NCBI GenBank assembly: GCA_938083505.1
Contig: CALKCF010000006.1
Location: 1 to 64,000, forward strand
Length of the DNA: 64,000 nucleotides
Source of the DNA: an uncultured archaeon
GTDB taxonomy: Archaea > Thermoproteota > Nitrososphaeria_A > Caldarchaeales > Wolframiiraptoraceae
Direction: 5' to 3'
Shown in pieces: positions 19,074-30,235 of this stretch. Under the pieces are notes generated by a model, which had not been told where the DNA came from, made no database searches, and worked only from the letters and a program-made list of their open reading frames with translations. The translations under genes were made by a program, and so were the position numbers. Every line of letters starts with the position of its first letter. Position 1 is the stretch's first letter.

Positions 19074-20305
19074 ATGTATGAGGCAAATATGGTAAAAGTG
19101 GGAGGTTATGCCAATAGGCTTGCTTGGGTTGACTTAGCGAATAAAAAGGTTGATTATCAGGAGCTTGACGAGGATATAGCGAGAAAATATTTGGGTGGTA
19201 GAGGACGGGTGTAAAGCTCGTTTACGATAAGGTCAAGCCTGGCACAGACCCATTCTCGCCTGAAAACATATTGGTCATAGCTGTGGGACCCTTTAACGGG
19301 CACGCTTACGCCCATGAGCGGAAGGATTTGCTCTATTACAAAATCGTCACTCACAGGCACGGTTGCGGACAGCCATGCGGGTGGCTGGACAGGGGGCCGC
19401 TCTAAAGTGGGCGGGCTTTGATGCAATTATACTCCAAGATAAGAGCGATAAACCGGTCTATCTTGTGGTTAAAGACGGAAAGGTAACGTTCGAAGATGTA
19501 TCGCAATTATGGGGAAATGACTTATTCATGACGACGCGTATGCTAAGATACAAGTATGGGGACACGCGTGAACTGACAAAGTTAGGGCCTAAAGGTGTTC
19601 AAGTATATACGATAGGGCCGGCAGGTTTAGCAGAAGAAATGGGACAGGAGTGGTAATGGGCTCAAAAAAGGTCAAAGCCCTCGTTATAATAGGTGAGGAG
19701 AAGGACATGCCTAGGCCCGCTAATCCAGAAAAGTTTGAGTAGGCCAGAAAGACTGCACTTAAACATATAATTGATAGCCCTGTAACCTCACCTGGTAAAG
19801 GAGGTCTTTCCGTATACGGAACCAGTGTTCTAGTCAATATTGTGAACGAACTTGGTACGTACCCAACGAGGAATGCAAAGCAGGTCCAGTTCCCTTCGCC
19901 TTAGAGGGCAAAGTAGACCTAACCATAATGCTTCAAAGTCTATTCGCGGCGATCGACAGCCTAGATTTATGTAAATTCAGCTCATTCGCTTATACTGTTG
20001 AAGATTATGCTGCCCTACTTTCAGGTATGACCGGCTGGGATGTTTCTCCAGAGGAGTTCGTGAAGATAGGCGAGAGGATATGGAACCTAGAGAGGTACTT
20101 CAATCAACTTAACGGCTTCGACAGAAAAGATGATATGCTGCCAAAGAGGCTCGTAGTAGAACCTGCGACCTCCGGTCCTCCTAAAGGCTGGAGGCTCGGG
20201 TGGGACACATTTAATAAACTTTTAGACGAGTACTACGAAAAGAGAGGCTGGACCAAGGACGGGAAAGTACCGGAAAAGAAACTACGGAAGCTGGACATAA
20301 TTTAG
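19074..20305 (+). pseudogene. aor: Aldehyde:ferredoxin oxidoreductase (W/Mo-pterin AOR family) pseudogene
   Basis: Fragments across frames: GGYANRLAWVDL...KYLGGRG; ALKWAGFDAI; VMGSKKVKAL; YGTSVLVN...YPTRN; DSLDLCKF...GERIWNLER...YYEKRGW. Several frameshifts, an in-frame TAG at 19740-19742, and a large internal deletion near 19890. Confidence 0.9.
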
Positions 20306-20342
20306 GGGTCCAGTTTAACCTTCTTTTTTATTTTTTGTATAG

Positions 20343-20627
20343 TTAGCCACCAGCTACGGGCGGGATTATCGCAACCTCATCGCCGTCTTTCAGTTTCGTT
20401 CTCATACCGTTGAGGTATTCTATATCTCTTCCGTTAACTAGCACCTTTACATATGGTGCAAGTTTCTCCTCACTCGCAAGAATTTGATTTCGAAAGACGT
20501 CCCCAAACTTTTTTGTTAAAGTTTTCAACAACATTTGAACATCGCTTTCATCTTCGAGTAAGATTTCCATATAACCTGTACCTATAACTTCCCTTATCGT
20601 TGCAAAAGCCTTTACGATGATTTTCAT
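20343..20627 (-). CDS. moaD: MoaD/SAMP ubiquitin-like sulfur carrier
   Basis: FATIRE, VLVNGRDI, C-terminal PPVAGG. Confidence 0.9.
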   Translation of the reverse strand: MKIIVKAFATIREVIGTGYMEILLEDESDVQMLLKTLTKKFGDVFRNQILASEEKLAPYVKVLVNGRDIEYLNGMRTKLKDGDEVAIIPPVAGG

Positions 20628-20671
20628 CCGTAAAATATTGTTTAACGGCGTAATTATTAAGTATTGTGTAA

Positions 20672-22627
20672 TTAGCCGTATACTTTCTGCCCTGTTTCCG
20701 GGAGTGGGATGTATCCCTTTAAGAATAAAATTTTCGAGTGGAAAACATCGCTAGAAAGCGCTTCCAGAAAACCTTGCACCGCTGCCTTTTTCAGCCTATC
20801 CTTTCTTACAGCAAAGTCAAAAATTTCCTCACCTAACGGTATGAAGTCTAGTCCGTAAATTTCTGCGACGTACTCTATCGCAACACCTACGTCTGCTCTG
20901 CCTTGTGCGATAGCCGATGCCACTGCCGTGTGCGTCTTCGCCTCATAAGTATAACCCTTTATCGATTCCTCAGGCTTCGTTATACCCACTTCTCTGAGCA
21001 ACTTATCTATGAGGGTCCTAGCGCCCGAACCCTTTAACCTGTTAACAAATATCACGTCATTCTTTGTCAAGTCCGACACTGAACGAATGTTTTTAGGATT
21101 GTTCTTCTTCACAAGTAATCCTACTCTACGCGCATAACCCCTGTATATTTCTACGAGTCCTTCCAATCCCATTTTCTTAGGCATATGTACGTTATACTCC
21201 CCAGCATTTTCATCGAGTAGGTGCGTACCGCATATGTCTGCTTCACCTCTTTTTAATGCTCTCCAACCACCAAGCGAGCCGACATTCACAACCTTGGACA
21301 TGGTCAGGCCTGAAATCTGCAAAAGTACATCTATCCCCGGGCAGTGGCTACCTATTATATTGAGTGGTGATGGTTTAAACAACTGGCTCAGTAACTTAAC
21401 ACTAACAACCTCATACTCTTCAATGTACTGCTTATCTTCGGGAACTTCGATAAACCCATCTGCTATTGCAATAGCAGAGGCAGAGCCGGAACCCAAAACT
21501 ATCGGATAGGCAACTAAACCACCTTCTGTCTCGATCAGTTGAACGGGTATAAGTTCCCTAACACCTTTTCCGGCATCCATCCTGTAAGCCATCCTAGCCT
21601 TTACGAGCGTATGTCTTTCGCTGCGCTCTACTCCACACATTTTTGAGATTAATGGCCTAACTACATTCATGAACACCATCATGGCAGATAATGGAAAACC
21701 TGGAAGGCCGATGAGAAGCTTTCCGTGACTGACGGCTATAACGGTTGGTTTACCGGGTCTCAGTTTTAGGCCATGAACGATAACAGCCCCATGTTCCGCA
21801 AAGACTTTGTATATTACATCACCGAGACCGGCAGAAGTGCTCCCAGACGTGACTACAACGTCATATCGCTGAAGCACATGCTCTATGCTTTGCTTTATCG
21901 TTTGATAGTCGTCAGGCACTATTCCGAGGAAATCAACATCAGTACCGATCTCTTTTAGCATAGCTGTTATTACATAACCGTTTACATCGTAAACCTTTCC
22001 TTGCGGCAAGGGTTTGCCCGGCTCAACGAGTTCGTTACCAGTCGATAAGACTGCGATTCTTGGTTTACGATAAACCTTAACTGAGTTGTAACCCAATGCA
22101 GCCAATACAGCAATGTCGCTCGGTGATATCAGCTTGCCCTTTCTTATAACCACATCGCCTGCTGTTATATCCGAGCCGGTTTGGGATACATTTTCACCTG
22201 GGGCTACAGACCTATACACGTAGATCTTACCGTCTACACGTTTTGTATACTCCACCATTACTACTGCGTTCGCGCCTCTAGCTAACATAGCACCAGTCGC
22301 CGTCTCCACACAGCGTCCACTACCAGCCTCAGCTGTAGGTGAAGAACCGACTTCGGCCTTTCCAGATACAATTAAGCATGCAGGTTCTGACTCGCTGGCA
22401 CCATAAACGTCTTTAGCATCAACAGCATAACCATCAACAGTAGACCTATCAAATGGTGGCGAGTCTACCTTTGCGTATACATCTTCAGCAAGAACACGTC
22501 CAAGTGCTTCGAGTAAACTTACCTCCTCTACACCAATAGGCCCTATATGTCCAAGACTTTCTTTGATAAGGTTTAGGGCATCTTCAACCGAAACCATTTT
22601 ATGAAAAATCAACACCATTGTAATCAC
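20672..22627 (-). CDS. moeA: Molybdopterin biosynthesis MoeA fused to a periplasmic-binding-protein-like domain
   Basis: PPFDRSTVDGYA, STGNEL, LPGFP; C-terminal GSHC...GSLGG...GTHLLD. Confidence 0.92.
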   Translation of the reverse strand: MITMVLIFHKMVSVEDALNLIKESLGHIGPIGVEEVSLLEALGRVLAEDVYAKVDSPPFDRSTVDGYAVDAKDVYGASESEPACLIVSGKAEVGSSPTAEAGSGRCVETATGAMLARGANAVVMVEYTKRVDGKIYVYRSVAPGENVSQTGSDITAGDVVIRKGKLISPSDIAVLAALGYNSVKVYRKPRIAVLSTGNELVEPGKPLPQGKVYDVNGYVITAMLKEIGTDVDFLGIVPDDYQTIKQSIEHVLQRYDVVVTSGSTSAGLGDVIYKVFAEHGAVIVHGLKLRPGKPTVIAVSHGKLLIGLPGFPLSAMMVFMNVVRPLISKMCGVERSERHTLVKARMAYRMDAGKGVRELIPVQLIETEGGLVAYPIVLGSGSASAIAIADGFIEVPEDKQYIEEYEVVSVKLLSQLFKPSPLNIIGSHCPGIDVLLQISGLTMSKVVNVGSLGGWRALKRGEADICGTHLLDENAGEYNVHMPKKMGLEGLVEIYRGYARRVGLLVKKNNPKNIRSVSDLTKNDVIFVNRLKGSGARTLIDKLLREVGITKPEESIKGYTYEAKTHTAVASAIAQGRADVGVAIEYVAEIYGLDFIPLGEEIFDFAVRKDRLKKAAVQGFLEALSSDVFHSKILFLKGYIPLPETGQKVYG

Positions 22628-23898
22628 CCTGGCTCAGTATCTATTGGCTGAAATACTTCGACCTCGACTTCCTCACCTTCATCATAACCTTCGATATCTT
22701 CTGGGATTATCAACATACCGTTAGCTTTGGTGAGTGTCGAAATAAGCCCTGAGCCTGTGAGCATCAATGGTTCGACATAGCAAACATCACCGTCCTTCAC
22801 AACTCTGACCCTAACGAATGACCTTACGCCTTGTGGGTTGGCAACTCTCCTAGTCAGCTTACCCCTTATCGTAATTTTGGGTTCTTCAGGCAATTCGAGC
22901 ATCATATAAATCGAGGGTTTTACAAAATTCTGAAAACCAACCAGCGCCGCCACAGGTAGACCAGACAGTATGAAAATTGGTTTGTTGTCTACTATGCCAA
23001 ATCCGGTAGGTTTCGCTGGCCTCATCATTATACCATGAACCACGAGGCCTGGTTTACCTAAAGAGTTGATAGCTTCAGGAACGAGGTCTAACTCACCGAC
23101 GCTCGTACCTCCAGTAATTATAATAGCATCTGCCATACTCAACCCTTTCCGTATAGATTCCTTTATCATCTCTAAGTCGTCAGGGACTGTTCCCAAATCC
23201 AGGACTTCACAACCAATCTCTTTTAAAAGACTCTTAAGCATGGGTTTTGAGCTATTCACAACATTGCCTACCTTAAGCTCTGAGCCTACTTCGACCAACT
23301 CGCTACCAGTTGACAATATTGCCAACCTTGGCTTGCGCAACACCTTTAATTTTGGAATGTTCAACGCGGCAAGCGCAGCGATGTGCCACGGTCTTATTCT
23401 CGTCCCCTTCTTAATTACTAGCTCACCTTTTTTATAATCCTCACCCTTCCTTGACACATTTTGGTATGGCGAAATAGGATATAATATCTCGATGAAGTCA
23501 TCTAATTTATTAGTATGCTCAACCATAACGACGGCGTTCGCACCTTCTGGTAAATATGCACCCGTGTATATCTCGACAGCTTCTCCCCTATTGATCCTCG
23601 GTATATCAGATGGGTTCATTCCAGCATGAACTTTACCCACAAGCTTTAACTCGACAGGGTTATTTGGGGAGGAGCCGAAAGTATCTTCTGCAACGATAGC
23701 GTAACCATCAACGGCACTTCTGTCAAACTCGGGCAAGTCGGTAGGTGCAAACACATCCTCGGCACACACCATGTTCAAGGCATCATCTAACGTAACATCG
23801 ATCGTCTCGAGTATACGGTATTTAATAACCTCAGCCAACTTTAACCTACTTTCTTTGAAGCTCGTGAGTGTCGGGAAACCTTCCATACGTTTACGCAT
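22624..23898 (-). CDS. moeA: Molybdopterin molybdenum/tungsten transferase MoeA
   Basis: FDRSAVDGYA, STGSEL, TGGTSVG, RPAKPT. Confidence 0.92.
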   Translation of the reverse strand: MRKRMEGFPTLTSFKESRLKLAEVIKYRILETIDVTLDDALNMVCAEDVFAPTDLPEFDRSAVDGYAIVAEDTFGSSPNNPVELKLVGKVHAGMNPSDIPRINRGEAVEIYTGAYLPEGANAVVMVEHTNKLDDFIEILYPISPYQNVSRKGEDYKKGELVIKKGTRIRPWHIAALAALNIPKLKVLRKPRLAILSTGSELVEVGSELKVGNVVNSSKPMLKSLLKEIGCEVLDLGTVPDDLEMIKESIRKGLSMADAIIITGGTSVGELDLVPEAINSLGKPGLVVHGIMMRPAKPTGFGIVDNKPIFILSGLPVAALVGFQNFVKPSIYMMLELPEEPKITIRGKLTRRVANPQGVRSFVRVRVVKDGDVCYVEPLMLTGSGLISTLTKANGMLIIPEDIEGYDEGEEVEVEVFQPIDTEPG

Positions 23899-23990
23899 AA
23901 CGTACCCGAGTGATTACGTTCATAACATCAAAAATAAAACTTTTATGACAATAACATGCGAATTGCCTAGCTTAAAAGGCTTAAATGTAT

Positions 23991-24323
23991 TTAAAGGACG
24001 AGCTTCCTGAAGAAACATGTTCTGTTTCCGGTATGACATGCAACGCCTTCCTGCTCAACCACGTAAATTAGCGAATCGTTATCGCAATCGACCAGGACTT
24101 CAAAGACCCTTTGCACGTTGCCAGACGTCTCGCCCTTCATCCACATCTTATTCCTTGATCTGCTGAAGTAATGCGCATAGCCGGACGTGAGCGTCTTCTT
24201 AACCGCCTCTTCGTTAGCATAAGCAAGCATCAACACTTCACCCGTCCTCCTATCGTATGCTACAACAGGAATTAGCCCTCCAGACTTCTCAAAATCCAAC
24301 TCATCGATTCTTACATACTTCAT
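23991..24323 (-). CDS. hisI: Phosphoribosyl-AMP cyclohydrolase (no fused HisE)
   Basis: SRSR..W.KGETSG, DCDND, ACHTG.RTCF. Confidence 0.95.
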   Translation of the reverse strand: MKYVRIDELDFEKSGGLIPVVAYDRRTGEVLMLAYANEEAVKKTLTSGYAHYFSRSRNKMWMKGETSGNVQRVFEVLVDCDNDSLIYVVEQEGVACHTGNRTCFFRKLVL

Positions 24324-25084
24324 AATCTTACATGCACTCCCTTATCCTTAAGATACCTCTTCACAACAGAGATGGGGTATTCGTCATAGTGGAATATAGA
24401 AGCTGCAAGGGCAGCATCGGCACCAGCCTCGAATGCTTCAAGGAAATGTTCAGGTCTTCCACATCCACCACTTGCGATGAGCGGTATTGAGATGTTATTC
24501 GATATTGCGCGTATCAGTGTAAGGTCGTAACCATCTTTTGTACCGTCCATATCAATTGACGTTAACAAAATCTCACCAGCTCCTAACTCCTCTACTTTTT
24601 TTGCCCATTCTATCGCATCGATACCGGTAGGTTTCCTACCACCATACGTATAAACCTCAAACCACATGCGATCTTTGGTATAAACCCTTTTTGCATCTAT
24701 AGCAATAACGACACACTGACTACCGTAAATCTCTGAGAACTCCTTCACGAGTCTTGGATTCTCTACAGCCGCCGTATTCACAGCCACCTTATCGCCACCG
24801 TTAGTTAGGATAGCATGCGCGTCTTCTATTGTACTTATACCACCACCTACGGTAAAGGGTATGTCAAGTACTTCGGCAACCCTTCTGACTACATTTAACA
24901 ATATCTTTCTTTTTTCAACAGATGCCGTTATGTCCAATAGGACGAGCTCATCCGCTCCCTCATCCCTGTACTTGATGGCAAGTTCCACGGGATCTCCCAC
25001 ATCTCTGAGTCCGACAAACTTCCTACCTTTTAACACCCTTCCATGGTCCATGTCAAGACATGGTATTATCCGTTTTGCTAACAC
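24320..25084 (-). CDS. hisF: Imidazole glycerol phosphate synthase cyclase subunit
   Basis: [29 protein letters not shown]. Confidence 0.96.
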   Translation of the reverse strand: MLAKRIIPCLDMDHGRVLKGRKFVGLRDVGDPVELAIKYRDEGADELVLLDITASVEKRKILLNVVRRVAEVLDIPFTVGGGISTIEDAHAILTNGGDKVAVNTAAVENPRLVKEFSEIYGSQCVVIAIDAKRVYTKDRMWFEVYTYGGRKPTGIDAIEWAKKVEELGAGEILLTSIDMDGTKDGYDLTLIRAISNNISIPLIASGGCGRPEHFLEAFEAGADAALAASIFHYDEYPISVVKRYLKDKGVHVRL

Positions 25085-25085
25085 G

Positions 25086-25814
25086 TTAAAGCCCCCTCGC
25101 TATGGATAGTAGGTCTTCTATGTTAATTGTTTCTTCATATATAGCCCTTCCGAGTATCACGCCCTTAACACCCAACTTACTTAGGGCAACTACATCATTA
25201 ATGGAAGAGATCCCCCCAGCAGCATAAATCAAGGCACCCTTCACCCCCGTAGCTTCCGCTATCGTTCTTAAACTCGGACCTAGCAACGTTCCATCCCTCT
25301 CGACATCTGTTAGCAAAAATGACCTAATACCTTTATCCATCAACCAGCGCATTGCATCCACCACCTTAATGTTCGTGTCGCTTCTCCAACCTTCAATGAC
25401 CACACTATCACCCTTAAAATCTAAGGCTACAATAAACCTTTCTGGTCCAAAAGTCTCTAACATTTCGTTGAAAACTTCTGGTTTTTTGAATACCACAGTG
25501 CCGAGTGCAAACTTGCTGATATGTGTGTTCATATAACTATACAACACTTGGATGCTACGTATTCCACCGCCGACCTGTATCGGTAGGTTAACGCATTCAG
25601 CAATTTTTTTAATACAATTAAAATTGTTACCTCTACCCAAAGCAGCATCAAGGTCAATGATGTGAATGCCATCAAACCTGAGACGTTCCCACCTGCATGC
25701 TGTAGAGACTGGGTCATCGCTGTAAACTATTACGTGGTTCGGGTCTCCTCTAACAAGTCGAACTACCTTACCCGAGATTATATCAATAGATGCCCATACC
25801 TCCATAGCTTTCAT
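25086..25814 (-). CDS. hisA: ProFAR isomerase
   Basis: [30 protein letters not shown]. Confidence 0.93.
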   Translation of the reverse strand: MKAMEVWASIDIISGKVVRLVRGDPNHVIVYSDDPVSTACRWERLRFDGIHIIDLDAALGRGNNFNCIKKIAECVNLPIQVGGGIRSIQVLYSYMNTHISKFALGTVVFKKPEVFNEMLETFGPERFIVALDFKGDSVVIEGWRSDTNIKVVDAMRWLMDKGIRSFLLTDVERDGTLLGPSLRTIAEATGVKGALIYAAGGISSINDVVALSKLGVKGVILGRAIYEETINIEDLLSIARGL

Positions 25815-26407
25815 GCCCTACACATTCTAACGAAATTTTTTAGTAGCGTAAGGCCGTCAAGTGAAGACTTCTCCGGGTGGAACTGTGTTCCAATAATGTT
25901 CCCTTTTACCACAATCGAAGGTAACTTTACATAATATTCAGTCTCCGCTATTATCGTTGATTCGTTTTTCGGCCTTGGATAGTATGAGTGTGCGAAATAT
26001 GCCCAAAATTCGTTACGTAAACCATCAACGATCTCATGGTAAGATTTGATCCTTACCACGTTCCAACCCATTTGAGGTACTTTGACGTTTTTCGGAAACC
26101 TAACCACATCACCTTCTAAGAAGCCGAGCCCTTGAGTGTTTCCTTCTTCGCTAAATTCGAAGAAAAGTTGCATGCCCAAGCAAATCCCTAAGATAGGCAA
26201 ACCGGATTTCTTCAATTCTTCAAGCGCAGGTTTTAGTCTTTTAAGAGATTTGGATGCTGTGACAAAATTACCAACACCAGGTAACACCAAAGCATCTAAC
26301 GGCGCTCTTATTTCAGATGATATCTCCGGATTGGTACCGGCCCTAATCAAGCTATGTTTTATACTGTAGAGGTTTCCTATACCATAATCTAATATAACTA
26401 TCCTCAA
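25811..26407 (-). CDS. hisH: Imidazole glycerol phosphate synthase glutaminase subunit
   Basis: LPGVGNF, GICLGMQ, QFHPEKS. Confidence 0.95.
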   Translation of the reverse strand: MRIVILDYGIGNLYSIKHSLIRAGTNPEISSEIRAPLDALVLPGVGNFVTASKSLKRLKPALEELKKSGLPILGICLGMQLFFEFSEEGNTQGLGFLEGDVVRFPKNVKVPQMGWNVVRIKSYHEIVDGLRNEFWAYFAHSYYPRPKNESTIIAETEYYVKLPSIVVKGNIIGTQFHPEKSSLDGLTLLKNFVRMCRA

Positions 26408-26979
26408 AGCGTTCCCTTCACACTAACTTGCCCTCTTTTTTCATCGAGCGAAGTGGCTTGTTTTAAAGATATAGCCAGTGCTTTTATAACCGCCTCAACC
26501 TTATGGTGATCGTTTTCGCCATAAAGTACTAACGCATGCATCGTAGATTCAAGTGAGAATGTAAATGATCTGAAGAAGTGATATACATCCTCCTTTGCGA
26601 TGTCCTCTATTTGTAAACCATCTATCTTGAGCTTCACGAATGCGTATGGTCTTCTAACTAGGTCAATACTTACTACTGCTAAAGCATCGTCCATAGGTAT
26701 GATAGCATAACCGAATCTTCTAATACCTTCTCTATTACCTAATGCTTTTGATATGGCAGAGCCAAGTGTTATAGCTACGTCTTCGACCGTATGGTGCGTG
26801 AGGTCACCCTTCGCTTCCACAACTAAATTCATCGCACTATGTGTTGCCAGCGTTGCTATCATATGGTCAAGGAACTTTATACCGGTCATAACTTTTGCAG
26901 CACCCTGTCCATCCAGAGAGACATCCACAAAGATGTTTGACTCTGACGTTTTTCTTTCTACTGTTGCTCTTCTTTCCAT
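26404..26979 (-). CDS. hisB: Imidazoleglycerol-phosphate dehydratase
   Basis: FLDHM, HHTVED, PMDDA, NDHHKVE. Confidence 0.95.
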   Translation of the reverse strand: MERRATVERKTSESNIFVDVSLDGQGAAKVMTGIKFLDHMIATLATHSAMNLVVEAKGDLTHHTVEDVAITLGSAISKALGNREGIRRFGYAIIPMDDALAVVSIDLVRRPYAFVKLKIDGLQIEDIAKEDVYHFFRSFTFSLESTMHALVLYGENDHHKVEAVIKALAISLKQATSLDEKRGQVSVKGTL

Positions 26980-26981
26980 AC

Positions 26982-28163
26982 TTATCCCTCCTTAGCATAC
27001 ATAAGGATGTGTAGAAGCTCATTTACACTAGGCATTATGATGTCTGCGCTGTTTTCCATAAAATACTCGATCTTTAATTCTGGTGCACTACTGCTTTCGT
27101 ATACGCCGGCAAATACAAACCTGTTTATTGCCTTATTAGCATTTTTCACCATTAACAAATCTTCCGCCGAGTCGCCAACATATAAAACATTCCCTTTCGG
27201 TAGCAGGTAAGATACGGCCTTGAAGAGTGAATAGGGATCTGGCTTTCCTACTTTCTGAGCCTCCGGACCTATGAGTCGGACCTCATCTGCTAAGAAAACA
27301 GCAGCGTCTTGATTGAAATATTCAAATAATTTTCCTAAAACCTTCTTCGCTGACCACATATCTCTACCAGAGGCAATCGTCAAATTAGAATAGCCGACAG
27401 TCCTCTGTAACTTTACCAAGACCTCCTCCTCAATCAGGGTCGTCTCATTCTGAAAGAGGCCTGGACCGTTAAAGAAAAGTGGCTTTGTGTTATATATTGC
27501 CTCCACACCTTCTGCGCCATAAAAAAGCTCATCAAAGATCGTTACAAGGAGACATTCTCCGAAATTTCCTGGATAGCTAAGAAACCTTCTAAATTTACGG
27601 AGCTCATTTGTTAGACCTCTTTCGGCCGCGATCGCATCCATTATAATGTCGATGTCGTATCGGTCAAGATAAGTTTTTGTCTTTACAACTCTACTAAGTG
27701 TTTCTACAAATTTATTTTGAAATTCTTGAAATGATACACCATTCATAGTTCCCTTAAACTTATTTGATAAGATACTTACTGTATTGCTCAACGACTTGCT
27801 TTCTTCCAGATCGCTCATTATATCTGAAAAATGCTTAATGCATTCTTTAGGCATATTTAAAAATGTCCATTCGCTTAACACATATGCAATATCCCAATCG
27901 TTGTTAAAACCGCCACACATTCTTAGAGACTCAATCTGAACATCGGTTGTTAATGGCACATTAACATCCATTGGTATTATTATTGAGAAAATATACTCTA
28001 CCGTTTTATGTATAGCTTTGTTGTACGAATCCCTAATGTCTATGAGAACACCGTCGCAATCAAAGACTATAGCATCGACGTTTGCTAAAGACTCCTTAAT
28101 TCCTTCTTTTATCCTGACGTGGCGACCGTTAATCTCCAAAATATTATAAGTTGATGTACTCAT
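26982..28163 (-). CDS. HAD-superfamily hydrolase; candidate histidinol-phosphate phosphatase
   Basis: FDCDGVL, SGRD, KPDP, VGDSAED; located between hisC and hisB. Confidence 0.75.
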   Translation of the reverse strand: MSTSTYNILEINGRHVRIKEGIKESLANVDAIVFDCDGVLIDIRDSYNKAIHKTVEYIFSIIIPMDVNVPLTTDVQIESLRMCGGFNNDWDIAYVLSEWTFLNMPKECIKHFSDIMSDLEESKSLSNTVSILSNKFKGTMNGVSFQEFQNKFVETLSRVVKTKTYLDRYDIDIIMDAIAAERGLTNELRKFRRFLSYPGNFGECLLVTIFDELFYGAEGVEAIYNTKPLFFNGPGLFQNETTLIEEEVLVKLQRTVGYSNLTIASGRDMWSAKKVLGKLFEYFNQDAAVFLADEVRLIGPEAQKVGKPDPYSLFKAVSYLLPKGNVLYVGDSAEDLLMVKNANKAINRFVFAGVYESSSAPELKIEYFMENSADIIMPSVNELLHILMYAKEG

Positions 28164-29257
28164 ATTAATACCCTCAACTCCTCAATCAGGCGGTTGTTCA
28201 TCTCTGGTAGTCCTACAGTTATTCTGTAAGCAAAACCTTCAGTAAAAATTTTGCCAACCTTTCGTATGTAGATTCCTCTCGATGCGAGTTTATCTCCTAA
28301 CGAACCGTCATCTACTACATTAATTAGTATAAAGTTAGCTTTGGAATCGAAAGCCTTAACACCATTTAGACTATTCAATTTTTGCTGAAATGCTCTCCTT
28401 TCCTCTTTCAACCTTTCAATATAGGGAAGGAATACATCATAGTTTTCAAGCAACTTTATAGCGGTCCTAAGCGTAATACTAGAAACATTATATGGTCGAA
28501 GCACCCTGCTCCTCATGATTCTTGCCAGCTCGGCGTTTGCTACTAAGTAGCCGAGCCTTCCGCCTGCAAGACCGTAAGCCTTTGAAAAACTTCTAAGGAC
28601 TACTAAGTTCTGATACTCAACAGCTTTTGTTATAAGTGAAAAATCTGCAAATTCCACATAAGCCTCGTCAAGAACGACAAGTCCCGGAAAAGATTCTACT
28701 ATGCTAATCACAGATTCTTGTGAGAATTGGTTACCAGTAGGATTGTTTGGCGAACATATGAAGATCACGCCTGAATTACCTGCAACCTTGAGTACGCTCT
28801 TACTATCCATTGATAGGTCATCATTTAGCGGCACTTCAACAAACTTTACACCATGTAGTTTTGATCTCATACGATATAACAAAAAAGAGGGCTTTAACGA
28901 AATTACTTTACTCTTTGGTTTCGCAAAGGAGTAAATGAGTGCATCGATAAGTTGACTACTACCGCTTCCAAGCACGATGCACTCGGAAGGTACATTTAGC
29001 CTTTCTGCAAGAGCCTCTGTAAGCTGCCTGTATTCGGCTACTGGATAAAACCTAAGGTCTACTTCAGAGGCTGCCTCTTGTAACACTCTCGAGATCAACT
29101 CCTTTGGGATGAAGTAATTTTCATTTGCATCAAGTTTTATCAACGGTTCAGAATGACTAACTATGCTGTTCCATGCCTCGGGAAACGCATACGGCTCAAG
29201 CACGCTTAACCTTTTCATCGCACTTCTTAACCAAATATTAGAGGCCTTTCTTCTCAT
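28160..29257 (-). CDS. hisC: Histidinol-phosphate aminotransferase
   Basis: KLDANEN, SPNNPTG, DEAYVEF, RSFSKAYGLAG. Confidence 0.93.
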   Translation of the reverse strand: MRRKASNIWLRSAMKRLSVLEPYAFPEAWNSIVSHSEPLIKLDANENYFIPKELISRVLQEAASEVDLRFYPVAEYRQLTEALAERLNVPSECIVLGSGSSQLIDALIYSFAKPKSKVISLKPSFLLYRMRSKLHGVKFVEVPLNDDLSMDSKSVLKVAGNSGVIFICSPNNPTGNQFSQESVISIVESFPGLVVLDEAYVEFADFSLITKAVEYQNLVVLRSFSKAYGLAGGRLGYLVANAELARIMRSRVLRPYNVSSITLRTAIKLLENYDVFLPYIERLKEERRAFQQKLNSLNGVKAFDSKANFILINVVDDGSLGDKLASRGIYIRKVGKIFTEGFAYRITVGLPEMNNRLIEELRVLI

Positions 29258-29269
29258 ACGTACATCACA

Positions 29270-30235
29270 TCAACGCGGAATATCTTCTAGCGGAAGTATC
29301 AACTGAGGCTCATGGACGACGAGTCCTTGTGCTAACTTTCTCAAGCTTGGTAATAATTTAAGAAATTCCTGTTTATCAACTATAGTGTTTACCGAATACC
29401 AACCTTTTATGGAAAGCGGACTTATCGTAGGTTTCTTTAAGGCTGGAAGGTTATTAAGAAGTTGCTCTAGGTTCTCCTCCTTTACGTTAACAAATATATG
29501 TAGCTTCTTTCCACCATCGATTACGCCTTTCAACATGGTCATTACGTCAAGTATCTTTTCGCGCTTATCTGGTGTGTTTAAAGACTTTTTGTTCGCTATC
29601 AAAACTGCCGATGATTCGAGTATCACCTCCACTGGCCTTAGGTTGTTCTGCTCAAGAGTTCTTCCGGTCTCAACAACGTCGATTATGGCATCTGCATCTT
29701 CAGGCGGCTTAGCCTCTGTAGCACCAAACGACAAAAAGATACTCACAAAACGATTTGTTCCTCTTTTCCACCAAGGTGTTATGACAAGGGGTTCTTCATC
29801 CTTAAACCATTTCTTATACACATCGTAGCTTTTTACATGCTGTGCCGTTATGTTCAAGTACTCGGTGGATATCCTTACTATTCTGCTTTCTTTCCAGTAA
29901 TGTTCAAACAGCTCAGGTAACGAATTGAAGTCTATGATTTCAGGAAGGGCTACGACAAGTTTCACTCTACCGTACTCCAAGTCCATCAACACCTCAACAT
30001 CTGCATTGGTCTCACGTATCCAGTCAATACCGGTTATGCCTAAGTCTTGAGAACCTTCAGCAACGAATATTGGAATCTCTTGGGGCCTCAGTATTTTAAG
30101 CTCGATTTCTGGGTCATCGACCACCGGTCTGTACGTCCTTTCTTGGCCGCGTACCCTATACATGGCTTTTTCTAGCAACTCAAACGTGTTCTTCTCAAGC
30201 GAACCTTTTGGTATAGCAAACTTTATTTTAACCAT
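29270..30235 (-). CDS. hisG: ATP phosphoribosyltransferase (long form); start set at ATG 30235 rather than the ORF-track GTG at 30355
   Basis: MVKIKFAIPKGSL, RPQEIP, GITGID, GATEAKPP, DVVETG. Confidence 0.93.
   Translation of the reverse strand: MVKIKFAIPKGSLEKNTFELLEKAMYRVRGQERTYRPVVDDPEIELKILRPQEIPIFVAEGSQDLGITGIDWIRETNADVEVLMDLEYGRVKLVVALPEIIDFNSLPELFEHYWKESRIVRISTEYLNITAQHVKSYDVYKKWFKDEEPLVITPWWKRGTNRFVSIFLSFGATEAKPPEDADAIIDVVETGRTLEQNNLRPVEVILESSAVLIANKKSLNTPDKREKILDVMTMLKGVIDGGKKLHIFVNVKEENLEQLLNNLPALKKPTISPLSIKGWYSVNTIVDKQEFLKLLPSLRKLAQGLVVHEPQLILPLEDIPR

Noticed and set aside
19740-19742. In-frame TAG in AOR as possible pyrrolysine or readthrough
   Set aside because: The gene also has frameshifts and a large deletion, so pseudogenisation explains the stop.
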